DNA of 64,000 nt from an uncultured Bacteroidia bacterium (GCA_902788175.1 CADAJF010000007.1:34775-98774), one strand, 5' to 3'. Shown: positions 21,028 through 29,732, numbered from the stretch's first letter. Notes: generated from the letters alone by a model not told the origin. A program made the numbers and translations.

Positions 21028-21855
21028 ATGGACCCTAGAATTGAAATCATCAACGGCCTTACGGCCAGCTTACAGGAACGCCTCCAGGGCTTCCGGCCGG
21101 AACTGGGCATCGTCCTGGGCAGCGGCCTGGGCCGCCTGGCAGATTCCATCGAAAACCCCATCACCGTCCCCTACCGTGAGCTTCCCGGTTTCCCCGTATC
21201 CACGGCAACCGGCCACAAGGGTAATTTTATCGCCGGCCGCCTGGGCGGGAAAAACGTCATCGCCATGCAGGGGCGCATCCATTACTACGAAGGCTACGGC
21301 ATGGACAAAGTGGTGCTTCCCATCCGCGTCATGATTGGCGCCGGCATCCGCACCCTGATAGTCTCCAACGCCGCCGGCGGCATCAATTACAACCTCCACA
21401 TCGGAGACCTTATGCTCATCCGGGACCATATCAACCTGCTGCCCAATCCGCTCATCGGCCCCAATTTTGACAGCTACGGGCCACGCTTCCCGGACATGAC
21501 CCGTCCCTATGACCCCGCCCTGATGAAACTGGCCCTGCAACTGGCTCAGGAAGAGGGTATTGCCCTCCAGCAAGGCGTCTATGTGGGCGGCACCGGGCCG
21601 TCCTATGAAACCCCGGCAGAGTACAAGTTCTTCCGTACCATCGGCGGGGATGCAGTGGGTATGTCCACCATTCCGGAAGTGATTGTGGCCCGCCATGCAG
21701 GCATCCCCGTACTGGGCATTTCCGTCATCACCAACGAAGCCCACGACGACTACGCCGAAGACTACCAGAACGACGGCGAAGATGTTGTGGTGGCCGCAGA
21801 TGCAGCCGCCGGAAAGATGACAAGGCTCATCACCAGACTCATTGAGCACATGTAA
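21028..21855 (+). CDS. Purine nucleoside phosphorylase, trimeric type (paralog 1, Asn variant)
   Basis: [28 protein letters not shown] and ITNE motifs. Confidence 0.93.
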   Translation: MDPRIEIINGLTASLQERLQGFRPELGIVLGSGLGRLADSIENPITVPYRELPGFPVSTATGHKGNFIAGRLGGKNVIAMQGRIHYYEGYGMDKVVLPIRVMIGAGIRTLIVSNAAGGINYNLHIGDLMLIRDHINLLPNPLIGPNFDSYGPRFPDMTRPYDPALMKLALQLAQEEGIALQQGVYVGGTGPSYETPAEYKFFRTIGGDAVGMSTIPEVIVARHAGIPVLGISVITNEAHDDYAEDYQNDGEDVVVAADAAAGKMTRLITRLIEHM

Positions 21856-21858
21856 ATT

Positions 21859-22683
21859 ATGACCCAGCTGGAAACCATACACCTTGCCGCCGATTACCTC
21901 TGTAAGCAGCTGCACGGCCAATGCCCGGAGGTGGGCATCGTGCTGGGCAGCGGCCTGGGAAGACTGGCAGACCATATCCAGGACGCCAAGGTCTTTCCCT
22001 ACAAGGACATACCGGGGTTTTCCGCATCCACGGCCATCGGCCACAAGGGGAATCTCATTGTGGGAAAACTGGGCGGCAAAACCGTGGCGGCCCTGCAGGG
22101 GCGTTTCCACTACTACGAGGGCTACGGCATGGACAAAGTGGTGTTCCCCATCCGCGTCCTCAAGCTCCTGGGCATGCGCTGGCTCTTTGTCTCCAACGCT
22201 GCCGGCGGCACCCATCCGGATTTCAAGGTGGGGGATATCATGATCATCCGGGACCATATCAACCTGCTGCCCAATCCGCTTATAGGCCCCAACCTGGAGG
22301 AGTTTGGCCCGCGTTTCCCGGACATGACCCGTCCCTATGACCCGGAACTCATCCGCCGGGCAGAAGCCATCGCCGAGCAGGAGGGTATCCCGCTTCAAAA
22401 GGGCGTTTACCTCTCCTGCACCGGTCCTTGCTATGAAACCCCGGCAGAGTACGGCTATTTCCGCCATATCGGGGCCGATGCAGTGGGCATGAGCACCACT
22501 TCGGAGGTGATTGTAGCCCGCCACAGCGACATTCCGGTCTTCGGGGTCTCCGTCATCACGGACGTGGCGCCAACAGGCGACGAGGAGGATTACGTAACGG
22601 ACGGAGAAGCCATTGTCCAGGCCGCAGACGCCTGCGCAGAGAAGATGACCCGCCTCTTTACCCGCATGATCGCCGGGCTGTAA
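21859..22683 (+). CDS. Purine nucleoside phosphorylase, trimeric type (paralog 2, Asp variant)
   Basis: GSGLG, QGRFHYYEG, GPCYETPAE, VGMST and ITDV motifs. Confidence 0.93.
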   Translation: MTQLETIHLAADYLCKQLHGQCPEVGIVLGSGLGRLADHIQDAKVFPYKDIPGFSASTAIGHKGNLIVGKLGGKTVAALQGRFHYYEGYGMDKVVFPIRVLKLLGMRWLFVSNAAGGTHPDFKVGDIMIIRDHINLLPNPLIGPNLEEFGPRFPDMTRPYDPELIRRAEAIAEQEGIPLQKGVYLSCTGPCYETPAEYGYFRHIGADAVGMSTTSEVIVARHSDIPVFGVSVITDVAPTGDEEDYVTDGEAIVQAADACAEKMTRLFTRMIAGL

Positions 22684-22704
22684 TCAGCGCCCCTTTCACT
22701 TGAT

Positions 22705-22743
22705 AAAAAAGTCCAATCTGCTTGCAAGAGATTGGATTTTTTT
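22705..22743. terminator. Hairpin after the PNP genes, probable terminator overlapping the next promoter
   Basis: AAAAAAGTCCAATCT-gcttgcaag-AGATTGGATTTTTT inverted repeat. Confidence 0.6.
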
Positions 22744-22744
22744 G

Positions 22745-22752
22745 TAATTTTG
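22745..22752 (+). promoter_or_regulatory. -7 promoter box (TAATTTTG) for the zapA unit
   Basis: TAnnTTTG consensus upstream of ATG 22776. Confidence 0.6.
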
Positions 22753-22775
22753 TGGCATATGGACTAAAACCGGCC

Positions 22776-23048
22776 ATGCTGCAAGATATCCGGAAAGAAA
22801 TTGAACAGCTGATTGCACGTTTTGAGGCTGAGAAGGCAGAGAATGAGCGTCTCCGCCAGGAGCTACAGGCGTGCGAGCAAACCGGCGAAAACCTTAGGAA
22901 ACAAATCCATGAACTGGAATCCGAGATAGAAACCAGGAAACTGGCCGAAGCTTTCTCCGGCGTCCACTACAACGCAGAAGCAAAAGCCAAGGTCGATACA
23001 TTAATCCGGGAGATCGATAAATGCATCTCCTACTTGGAGCAGGCGTGA
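22776..23048 (+). CDS. Small coiled-coil protein (ZapB-like) preceding zapA
   Basis: Coiled-coil heptads; C-terminal LIREIDKCI typical of the Bacteroidota gene before zapA. Confidence 0.75.
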   Translation: MLQDIRKEIEQLIARFEAEKAENERLRQELQACEQTGENLRKQIHELESEIETRKLAEAFSGVHYNAEAKAKVDTLIREIDKCISYLEQA

Positions 23049-23335
23049 TGGACCAGAAAATCAGCATCAAGATTGCCGGCCGCTTATTCAACCTGACGGC
23101 CTCCTCCCCGGAAGCGGAGGAGCTGTACCGTCTGGCCGCGGAAACCATCAACAACCGCTTCGCCAGCTACACCCGGTCCCACCCCGGCAAAAACGTCTCA
23201 GACCTGCTGTCCATGATAGCCCTCAATGAGACCGTCATCCGCCTGGGGCTGCAAAAGGAAGTGGACACTTACAAGGAGGATGTGAAAGGGCTGGCCAGGG
23301 ACCTGGAGCGCTATCTGCAGGAGAACGCAAAATAA
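23048..23335 (+). CDS. zapA: Cell division protein ZapA
   Basis: ISIKIAGRLFNL...EELYRLAA..IN pattern; TGATG coupling; upstream of rny. Confidence 0.85.
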   Translation: MDQKISIKIAGRLFNLTASSPEAEELYRLAAETINNRFASYTRSHPGKNVSDLLSMIALNETVIRLGLQKEVDTYKEDVKGLARDLERYLQENAK

Positions 23336-23520
23336 GCCGTCAACCATCGAACGCTGAAATCAACAGTTTCTTCGAGCCGGGTTGACTCAGACCGGGGATG
23401 AAAGGCCCCTAGTTACCTTCGTGGAATTCTGCGGCCCCGCCGCAGGACGCGGGATGTCAGAAACCGGTCGGCACCCAAATCTTATTCATTTAAGATTTTC
23501 TGACTAGATGCTGGCGGCTT
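23334..23520 (+). ncRNA. Putative 6S-like RNA (about 187 nt)
   Basis: 5' AAGCCGTCA..CATC pairs with 3' GATG.TGGCGGCTT; internal GACCGG/CCGGTC and GGGT/ACCC pairings; size and position after zapA fit 6S RNA; not confirmed by a covariance model. Confidence 0.55.
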
Positions 23521-23531
23521 TTTTCATAGAG

Positions 23532-23565
23532 ACAGTTTCCTTCGGCAAAAGGGAACTGTTTTTTT
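23532..23565 (+). terminator. Intrinsic terminator between the ncRNA and rny
   Basis: ACAGTTTCCTT-cggcaa-AAGGGAACTGT plus T-run. Confidence 0.75.
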
Positions 23566-23594
23566 ATGTGTAACTTTTTAAACACTATATATTT

Positions 23595-25136
23595 ATGAAC
23601 ATCATCAGTTTACTTGTGGGTATCGTCCTGGGCGCCGTTCTTGCCCTGGGCGCTTACATACTTATCCGGCGCTCCATCCTGAAGGGAAAGCGCGAAGAAA
23701 TCCTGGAAAAGGCAGAGGTTGAAGCAGAGAAAATCAAGAACGAACGCATCCTCCAGGCCAAGGAGAAATACCTCTCTCTCAAGAGCGAACATGAGAAGAT
23801 GGTGAATGACAAAAACGCCCAGATCCGGGAAGCGGAGAACCGCGTCAAGCAAAAGGAAAACACCCTGAACCAGAAGCTGGGAGAAGCGGAGCGCAAGAAC
23901 AAGGAGCTGGAGGCCCAGAAGGCCGGCACCAAAGCCCGGGAGGAGCAGCTGAAAGAGAAAGAGGCAGAATTCGAGCAGCTCCGCGGGCAGGTAATCCGCC
24001 AGATAGAGACCGTGGCCGGCATGAGTGCCCAGGAAGCCAAGAAAGAGCTCATGGACAGCATGAAGGCCCAGGCCCGCTCAGAAGCCCAGGCTTACATCAA
24101 CGATTGCCTGGACGATGCACGCCTGAACGCCGCCAAAGAGGCCAAGCGCATTGTCATCAATACCATCCAGCGCACCGCCACGGAAACCGCCATCGAGAAT
24201 GCCGTCACCACCTTCCCCATTGACAACGATGAGGTAAAGGGCCGCATCATCGGCCGCGAAGGCCGCAACATCCGCGCGCTGGAGGCCGCTACGGGCGTGG
24301 AGATTGTGGTGGACGACACCCCGGACGCCATCCTTCTCAGCGCTTTCGACCCTGTGCGCCGCGAAGTAGCCCGCCTTGCCCTGCACCAGCTGGTGGTGGA
24401 CGGCCGCATCCATCCTGCCCGCATCGAGGAAGTGGTTTCCAAGGTGTCCAAGCAGCTGGAAGAAGAAATCCTGGAAACCGGCAAGCGCACGTGCATAGAC
24501 CTGGGCATCCACGGCCTCAGCATGGAACTGGTGCGCCTGATCGGCCGCATGAAATACCGTTCCTCCTATGGGCAGAACCTGCTGCAGCACTCGCGGGAGG
24601 TGGCCAACATCTGCGCCATCCTGGCCAGCGAACTGGGCCTCAACCCCAAGATTGCCAAACGCGCCGGTCTGTTGCATGACATTGGCAAAGTCTCGGAGGA
24701 AGACCCGGATCTGCCGCACGCCCTCCTGGGTATGAAACTGGCAGAGCAGCACAAGGAAAAGCCGGAAATCTGCAACGCTATCGGCGCCCACCACGAAGAG
24801 ACGGAAATGACCTCGCTTTACGCACCGCTGGTGCTGGTAGGAGATGCCATTTCCGGCGCTCGCCCTGGTGCACGCCGTGAGGTTATCGAAAGCTATATCA
24901 AGCGCTTACGCGGCATGGAAAACCTGGCTGGCAGCTATCCCGGTGTTACCAAAGCCTACGCCATCCAGGCTGGCCGTGAGCTCCGCGTCATTGTGGGCGC
25001 AGAGCAAGTCAGCGACCAGCAGGCAGAGCTCCTCTCCGGAGACATCGCCCAAAGAATCCAGGACGAAATGACCTATCCCGGACAGGTAAAAATCACCGTT
25101 ATCCGTGAAACCCGTTCCGTCGCTTATGCCAAGTAA
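23595..25136 (+). CDS. rny: Ribonuclease Y
   Basis: N-terminal TM, coiled coil, KH ([12 protein letters not shown]) and HD (LLHDIGK) domains; AIQAGRELR. Confidence 0.97.
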   Translation: MNIISLLVGIVLGAVLALGAYILIRRSILKGKREEILEKAEVEAEKIKNERILQAKEKYLSLKSEHEKMVNDKNAQIREAENRVKQKENTLNQKLGEAERKNKELEAQKAGTKAREEQLKEKEAEFEQLRGQVIRQIETVAGMSAQEAKKELMDSMKAQARSEAQAYINDCLDDARLNAAKEAKRIVINTIQRTATETAIENAVTTFPIDNDEVKGRIIGREGRNIRALEAATGVEIVVDDTPDAILLSAFDPVRREVARLALHQLVVDGRIHPARIEEVVSKVSKQLEEEILETGKRTCIDLGIHGLSMELVRLIGRMKYRSSYGQNLLQHSREVANICAILASELGLNPKIAKRAGLLHDIGKVSEEDPDLPHALLGMKLAEQHKEKPEICNAIGAHHEETEMTSLYAPLVLVGDAISGARPGARREVIESYIKRLRGMENLAGSYPGVTKAYAIQAGRELRVIVGAEQVSDQQAELLSGDIAQRIQDEMTYPGQVKITVIRETRSVAYAK

Positions 25137-25139
25137 ACC

Positions 25140-27392
25140 ATGAACGAACTTGCCCCGCTTATCGCAGACCTGGCGCTCATTCTCATCTGCGCCGGCGTCA
25201 TGACGCTTGTTTTCAAAAAGCTTAAGCAGCCTCTGGTGCTGGGCTATATTGTGGCCGGCTTTATTGCCGGTCCTCATTTTGCCCTCACCCCTTCCGTGGT
25301 GGATAGTGCCAGCGTGCACGTGTGGTCGGAGATCGGCGTAATCTTCCTGCTCTTTGCGCTGGGCCTGGAATTCAGCTTCAAGAAAATCATGAAGGCGGGC
25401 GGTCCCGCCATCATTACCACCCTGGTTATCATCTTCGGGATGATTGTACTGGGTTACCTGGTGGGCTCGGCCTTTGGCTGGAGCAAGATGGACGCCCTGT
25501 TCCTGGGCGGCATGATCTGCATGAGTTCCACCACCATCATCTACAAGGCCTTCGAAGACCTGGGACTGTCCAAAAAGCGCTTTACGGGCCTGGTCATGAG
25601 CGTCCTCATCCTGGAAGACATCCTGGCGGTGGTGCTCATGGTGGTGCTTTCCACCGTAGCCGTCTCCTCCAACTTCGAGGGCGGTGAACTGGTCCGGAGT
25701 ATCGGCAAACTGGCGTTTTTCCTGGTCCTTTGGCTGGTGGTGGGCATTTATCTGGTTCCCCTGTTCCTTCGCAAGGCCCGGGACCTGATGAACGATGAAA
25801 CCCTCCTGGTGGTGTCGCTGGGGCTGTGCTTCCTGATGGTGGTTGTGGCCGCCAAGACGGGCTTCTCCGCCGCTTTCGGCGCCTTTATCATGGGCTCCAT
25901 CCTGGCGGAAACCCTGGAGGCAGAACATATCGAGAAACTGGTAAAACCCGTAAAGGACCTTTTCGGGGCCATCTTTTTCGTTTCCGTGGGCATGATGGTG
26001 GACCCTGCCATGATTGCCCAGTACTGGCTGCCCATCCTCATCATTACGCTTACCGTCATTATCGGCCAGCCGCTTTTTGCGATGGGAGGTGTGCTCCTTT
26101 CCGGACAGCCGCTCAAAACGGCCGTACAGAGCGGTTTTTCACTTTCGCAGATAGGTGAGTTTTCCTTTATCATCGCCACACTGGGCGTGTCCCTGGGCGT
26201 TACCAGTGACTTCCTCTACCCTATTGTGGTGGCGGTTTCGGTGGTCACCATCTTCCTTACGCCTTACATGATCAGGCTGGCCGAACCAGCTTATGCCGCC
26301 ATCAACAAGGCGCTTCCCCAGAAGGTCAGTGCGTTCCTGGAGGACTATTCCCAGGCTTCGGCGCCGTCGGCCACCAAGGACAGCGCCTGGAAAATGTACC
26401 TGGGAGAGATTGCCCGCATGACCATCATCAACGGCATTATCGCCCTGGCCATCTGTATCATCGGCTTCGGGGTCCTGCATCCGCTGGCCGTAGAATGGAT
26501 ACCGGGCATTTGGGCCAATGTAGTCACCGCCGTGGTGCTGCTGGCCGTAATGTCGCCTTTCCTGAGAGCCGTCGCCGTCAAGAAAAGCCGCGGCTCCAAG
26601 GTGTTTGACGCCCTGTGGGAAAGCGACCGCGCTAACCATGCGCCCCTGTTTGCCAGCATGGTCATCCGCTATGCCATCGCTATCGGGTTCACCTTCTACG
26701 TGCTGGCCCGGCTGTTCCACTTCTCCGTAATACTGATCCTGCTGCTGGCTATGGTGCTGGGCGTATTCATGTTCTTTAACAAGTGGACCAAACGCTCCTA
26801 CAAACGGCTGGAACAGACCTTCATCACCAACCTCACCTCCCGCGAAAAACGCGCCGAGTACCTTGGGGAGAAGAAGCCGGAATACGCTTCCCGCCTGCTG
26901 GACAAGGATTTGCACCTGGTCAGCTATGACATTCCGCCGGAGGTGGAGTGGAGCGGCAAAGAGCTGCGGGAACTGAACTTCGGCAAGCGTTTCGGCGTAC
27001 ACGTGGTCTCCATCCTGCGGGGCAAGCGGCGCATCAACATTCCCAAGGCCACGGACCGTCTTTTCCCGCACGACCAAATCCAAGTGATAGGCACGGACAA
27101 GGACCTGGAAGCTTTTGGTTCGGCCCTGCAGAAGTGCCAGGGTGAGCTGCCGGAGGACTTCTCTGCCAGCGAGATGGTGCTCAGGCGCATGAACATAGGA
27201 GAAGGCTCCCCCTTCCTGGGCAGGACGCTGCCGGAATCCGGCATCCGCAACCACTACCATTGCCTGGTGGCCGGCATAGAAAAGCCGGACGGCACATTAT
27301 TAGTTCCCAGCGCCAGTCTCCCCTTCGAGCAAGGAGACGTTCTGTGGGTGGTGGGAGAACACGCAGACTTAGATACCCTTTTAGCATTGTAA
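25140..27392 (+). CDS. CPA2-family cation:proton antiporter with two C-terminal TrkA-C (RCK_C) domains
   Basis: LFALGLEFS, SSTTII, LILEDI and SQIGEFSFII motifs; two C-terminal RCK_C-like repeats. Confidence 0.9.
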   Translation: MNELAPLIADLALILICAGVMTLVFKKLKQPLVLGYIVAGFIAGPHFALTPSVVDSASVHVWSEIGVIFLLFALGLEFSFKKIMKAGGPAIITTLVIIFGMIVLGYLVGSAFGWSKMDALFLGGMICMSSTTIIYKAFEDLGLSKKRFTGLVMSVLILEDILAVVLMVVLSTVAVSSNFEGGELVRSIGKLAFFLVLWLVVGIYLVPLFLRKARDLMNDETLLVVSLGLCFLMVVVAAKTGFSAAFGAFIMGSILAETLEAEHIEKLVKPVKDLFGAIFFVSVGMMVDPAMIAQYWLPILIITLTVIIGQPLFAMGGVLLSGQPLKTAVQSGFSLSQIGEFSFIIATLGVSLGVTSDFLYPIVVAVSVVTIFLTPYMIRLAEPAYAAINKALPQKVSAFLEDYSQASAPSATKDSAWKMYLGEIARMTIINGIIALAICIIGFGVLHPLAVEWIPGIWANVVTAVVLLAVMSPFLRAVAVKKSRGSKVFDALWESDRANHAPLFASMVIRYAIAIGFTFYVLARLFHFSVILILLLAMVLGVFMFFNKWTKRSYKRLEQTFITNLTSREKRAEYLGEKKPEYASRLLDKDLHLVSYDIPPEVEWSGKELRELNFGKRFGVHVVSILRGKRRINIPKATDRLFPHDQIQVIGTDKDLEAFGSALQKCQGELPEDFSASEMVLRRMNIGEGSPFLGRTLPESGIRNHYHCLVAGIEKPDGTLLVPSASLPFEQGDVLWVVGEHADLDTLLAL

Positions 27393-27396
27393 ACTC

Positions 27397-27894
27397 ATGA
27401 AAATCCGTCACATCCTTCTTCTTTGCAGCCTTTTGGTCCTTGGCACCGCCTGCGGCACTCTCCGCGAAACCCGGGAGGAACGCGCAGCCCGCCTGCAGCG
27501 CCAGGCCACCCAAGTGGCAGAGGCTGTCCGCGAGGGTAACTTCCTCGTTTCCATCGACCGCATGATTCCCCATACAGGAGCCGTCCGGCAGGTAAGCCAG
27601 TACAGCGTGAAGGTGGAAGACAACGTCATCACCTCCTATCTCCCCTACTTCGGGCAGGCGCGAAAGGCCTCCTTCAACGGCGGCAACGCGCTGGATTTCA
27701 AGACCGAGATGAACGCCTACGTAGTCAATCCCATCAAGGACGGCCACCGCATCCAGATTCAGGCCAATACCAAGGAAGACCGCTTCCTCTACACCTTCCA
27801 GATCTACGACGACGGCTCCGTCACCCTGGACGTCCTCTCCGACAACCGCGACCCCATCACCTACATGGGCCAGCTGGAGTTCGAACGGGAATAA
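27397..27894 (+). CDS. DUF4251-like lipoprotein
   Basis: Lipobox GTAC; SYLPYFG motif; C-terminal ITYMGQL. Confidence 0.7.
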   Translation: MKIRHILLLCSLLVLGTACGTLRETREERAARLQRQATQVAEAVREGNFLVSIDRMIPHTGAVRQVSQYSVKVEDNVITSYLPYFGQARKASFNGGNALDFKTEMNAYVVNPIKDGHRIQIQANTKEDRFLYTFQIYDDGSVTLDVLSDNRDPITYMGQLEFERE

Positions 27895-27909
27895 AAGCCC
27901 ATCCCTGAC

Positions 27910-28033
27910 CACCCCCTTTTGCGCACGGCCGTCCTATTTTAACCGGCGGTGAACGCAAAGGGGGTGTTTTTGTACACCAAACTGCCAAAATCGCCTTCCC
28001 GTGTACAAATTGGGGCATTTTTGCGCACCAAAC
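27910..28033. repeat. Degenerate 51-bp-period palindromic tandem repeat
   Basis: TTTTGYRCAC at 27917, 27968 and 28019; inverted partners at 27951-27959 and 28001-28009. Confidence 0.65.
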
Positions 28034-28113
28034 ATATCAAACTGTCAGCGACGTGAACGAAGCGACGAGGGGGTTAAAGGAAGGCGCGAAGCGCCTATCC
28101 CGGAGCCGAAGCG

Positions 28114-28140
28114 AAAAAAGCTGGCTGAATGCCAGTTTTT
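28114..28140. terminator. Bidirectional terminator-like hairpin
   Basis: AAAAAAGCTGGC-tgaat-GCCAGTTTTT. Confidence 0.6.
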
Positions 28141-28142
28141 GA

Positions 28143-28160
28143 GCGGAGGCGGAGGGATTC
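28143..28160 (-). repeat. 18-bp direct repeat of the tRNA-Ser 3' end (att-like)
   Basis: GCGGAGGCGGAGGGATTC identical to 28346-28363. Confidence 0.85.
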
Positions 28161-28207
28161 CGCTGCGCCGGCAAGGCCGGCTTGCGGCATCCCTTGGAGG
28201 AAGCTAT

Positions 28208-28345
28208 AAACCAAGAAAGCAGGGCATCAGCCACTTCGTGTCCGTCTGGGCTTTTCCTGCACAAACCTTATGCAAGCGAGCTTGCAACGGCCTGTGCAAA
28301 AAAAGCACCGCAGCTGACGCTGCGATGCCCTGCTTTCTTCGGTTT
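28208..28345. repeat. 138-bp element bounded by 21/22-bp inverted repeats (MITE-like)
   Basis: AAACC-AAGAAAGCAGGGCATC (28208-28228) versus GATGCCCTGCTTTCTTCGGTTT (28324-28345). Confidence 0.7.
28298..28328 (-). terminator. Intrinsic terminator of tRNA-Ser
   Basis: On the - strand: GCATCGCAGC-gtca-GCTGCGGTGC-TTTTTTT. Confidence 0.7.
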
Positions 28346-28346
28346 G

Positions 28347-28431
28347 CGGAGGCGGAGGGATTCGAACCCCCGGAACGTTGCCGTTCAACAGTTTTCAAGA
28401 CTGCCGCCATCGACCACTCGGCCACACCTCC
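28347..28431 (-). tRNA. tRNA-Ser(TGA), CCA not encoded
   Basis: GGAGGTG acceptor stem, GCCGAGTGGT D-arm, GCAGT-CT-TGA-AA-ACTGT anticodon arm, long variable arm, GGTTCGAATCC. Confidence 0.97.
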
Positions 28432-28441
28432 TTTGAGAGGG

Positions 28442-28503
28442 CAAAGATAGTGATTTTTTTTCACTGCGGATATTGACCTTTCTGCAAAGATTACTTATTT
28501 TTG
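28442..28503. promoter_or_regulatory. Divergent -7 boxes for tRNA-Ser (-, 28442-28449) and the next CDS (+, 28496-28503)
   Basis: TATCTTTG on - strand and TATTTTTG on + strand. Confidence 0.65.
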
Positions 28504-28511
28504 CCTTTGTT

Positions 28512-29729
28512 ATGCGTAAGATTCTCACTTTCATACTGCTTTTGCTCTGGTCGCTGCCTGTCTGGAGCCAGGGAGACAGCCTCCGGCTGGGTTATTCGGT
28601 AAGCGGAACTGTGCTCGATGCCCTCACCGGGCGCCCGCTGGAGTCCGTTCATGTATCCATCCCCGGGCGGCACCAGGCCACCGTTACCAATGCAGAAGGC
28701 TTTTTTACCCTCAAAAGCGACAAAACCATCCGGGAAATCGAATGTTCCTACCTGGGTTTCAAAACATTGCGGGAAAAGGCCGGGGACAAGATGACCCTTC
28801 GTCTCCAGCGGGAAAACCTGCAGCTGCTGGAGTCTTCCATCGTGAGCGGAGACCCCAGGTCCATCGTGGAAGCCGCATTGCAGAATGTTCGGGACAATTA
28901 CTGCACGGAACCCCAGTTGCTGGAGTGTTTTTACCGGGAAACCGTGCGCAAGCGTAACCGCTATACCTATGTGGCGGAAGCTGTGGCCAAACTCTACAAG
29001 TACACCTACGACGGCTCCATTTACCGCGATGCCAGCGCCCTGGAAAAAAGCCGCATCCTGGTTAGCCAGCGCCGCTCGGACACCCTGAGCGTCAAAACCA
29101 TGGGCGGGCCCACCCAGGCCATTACGCATGACTTTGTCAAACGCCCGGAAATTCTCTTTGCCAAGGAGGACATGGACCGCTACGTCTATCGGATGGAGGC
29201 ACCCGCTTACATCGGCGACCGCCTGCAATTTGTCATCAGCATGGAACCTTCCGGCAGCGCGGAGTATGCCCTGAACCGCAGCAAGCTGTACATAGACCGG
29301 GAACTGCTTAGTTTTACCCGCATAGAGGCCTCGCTGGATATGAGCGACAGGGCCAAGGCCATCCGCATGATGCTGGTCAGCAAGCCCATCAGTCTCCGCT
29401 TCATCCCCGAAGAAGCCAGTATCGTAATCAATTACAGGCTACAGGACGGCAAAAGCCGAATGGAATACTTCCGCTCTACCATGCGCTTTGCCTGCGACTG
29501 GCGCAAACGGCTCTTCCGCACCCGTTACACCACCGTCAACGAACTGGTTATCACGGATGTAATGCCGGAAGCCACAGCTATTGACCGGAAAGAGCGCTTC
29601 CGTCAGCGGGATATCCTTAGTGACAAAGCACCGGAATTCCTGGACCCGGACTTCTGGAAGGACTACAACATCATTGAGCCCACCGAAAGCCTGGAACACG
29701 CAATTGACCGCCTTAGAAAAAACAGGTAG
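28512..29729 (+). CDS. Secreted protein with N-terminal carboxypeptidase-regulatory-like (CarboxypepD_reg) domain
   Basis: Signal peptide; VSGTVLDALTGRPL...TVTNAEGFF...SYLGF; C-terminal DPDFWKDYNIIEP. Confidence 0.8.
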   Translation: MRKILTFILLLLWSLPVWSQGDSLRLGYSVSGTVLDALTGRPLESVHVSIPGRHQATVTNAEGFFTLKSDKTIREIECSYLGFKTLREKAGDKMTLRLQRENLQLLESSIVSGDPRSIVEAALQNVRDNYCTEPQLLECFYRETVRKRNRYTYVAEAVAKLYKYTYDGSIYRDASALEKSRILVSQRRSDTLSVKTMGGPTQAITHDFVKRPEILFAKEDMDRYVYRMEAPAYIGDRLQFVISMEPSGSAEYALNRSKLYIDRELLSFTRIEASLDMSDRAKAIRMMLVSKPISLRFIPEEASIVINYRLQDGKSRMEYFRSTMRFACDWRKRLFRTRYTTVNELVITDVMPEATAIDRKERFRQRDILSDKAPEFLDPDFWKDYNIIEPTESLEHAIDRLRKNR

Positions 29730-29732
29730 TCC

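Noticed and set aside
27910-28033. CRISPR array interpretation of the 51-bp periodic repeat
   Set aside because: Only 2-3 degenerate units, short spacers, no leader and no cas genes in the window; reported as a non-CRISPR repeat instead.
28001-28464. ORFs of 75-149 aa overlapping the tRNA-Ser region
   Set aside because: They overlap the tRNA and hairpins, lack typical codon use and show no homologous motifs.
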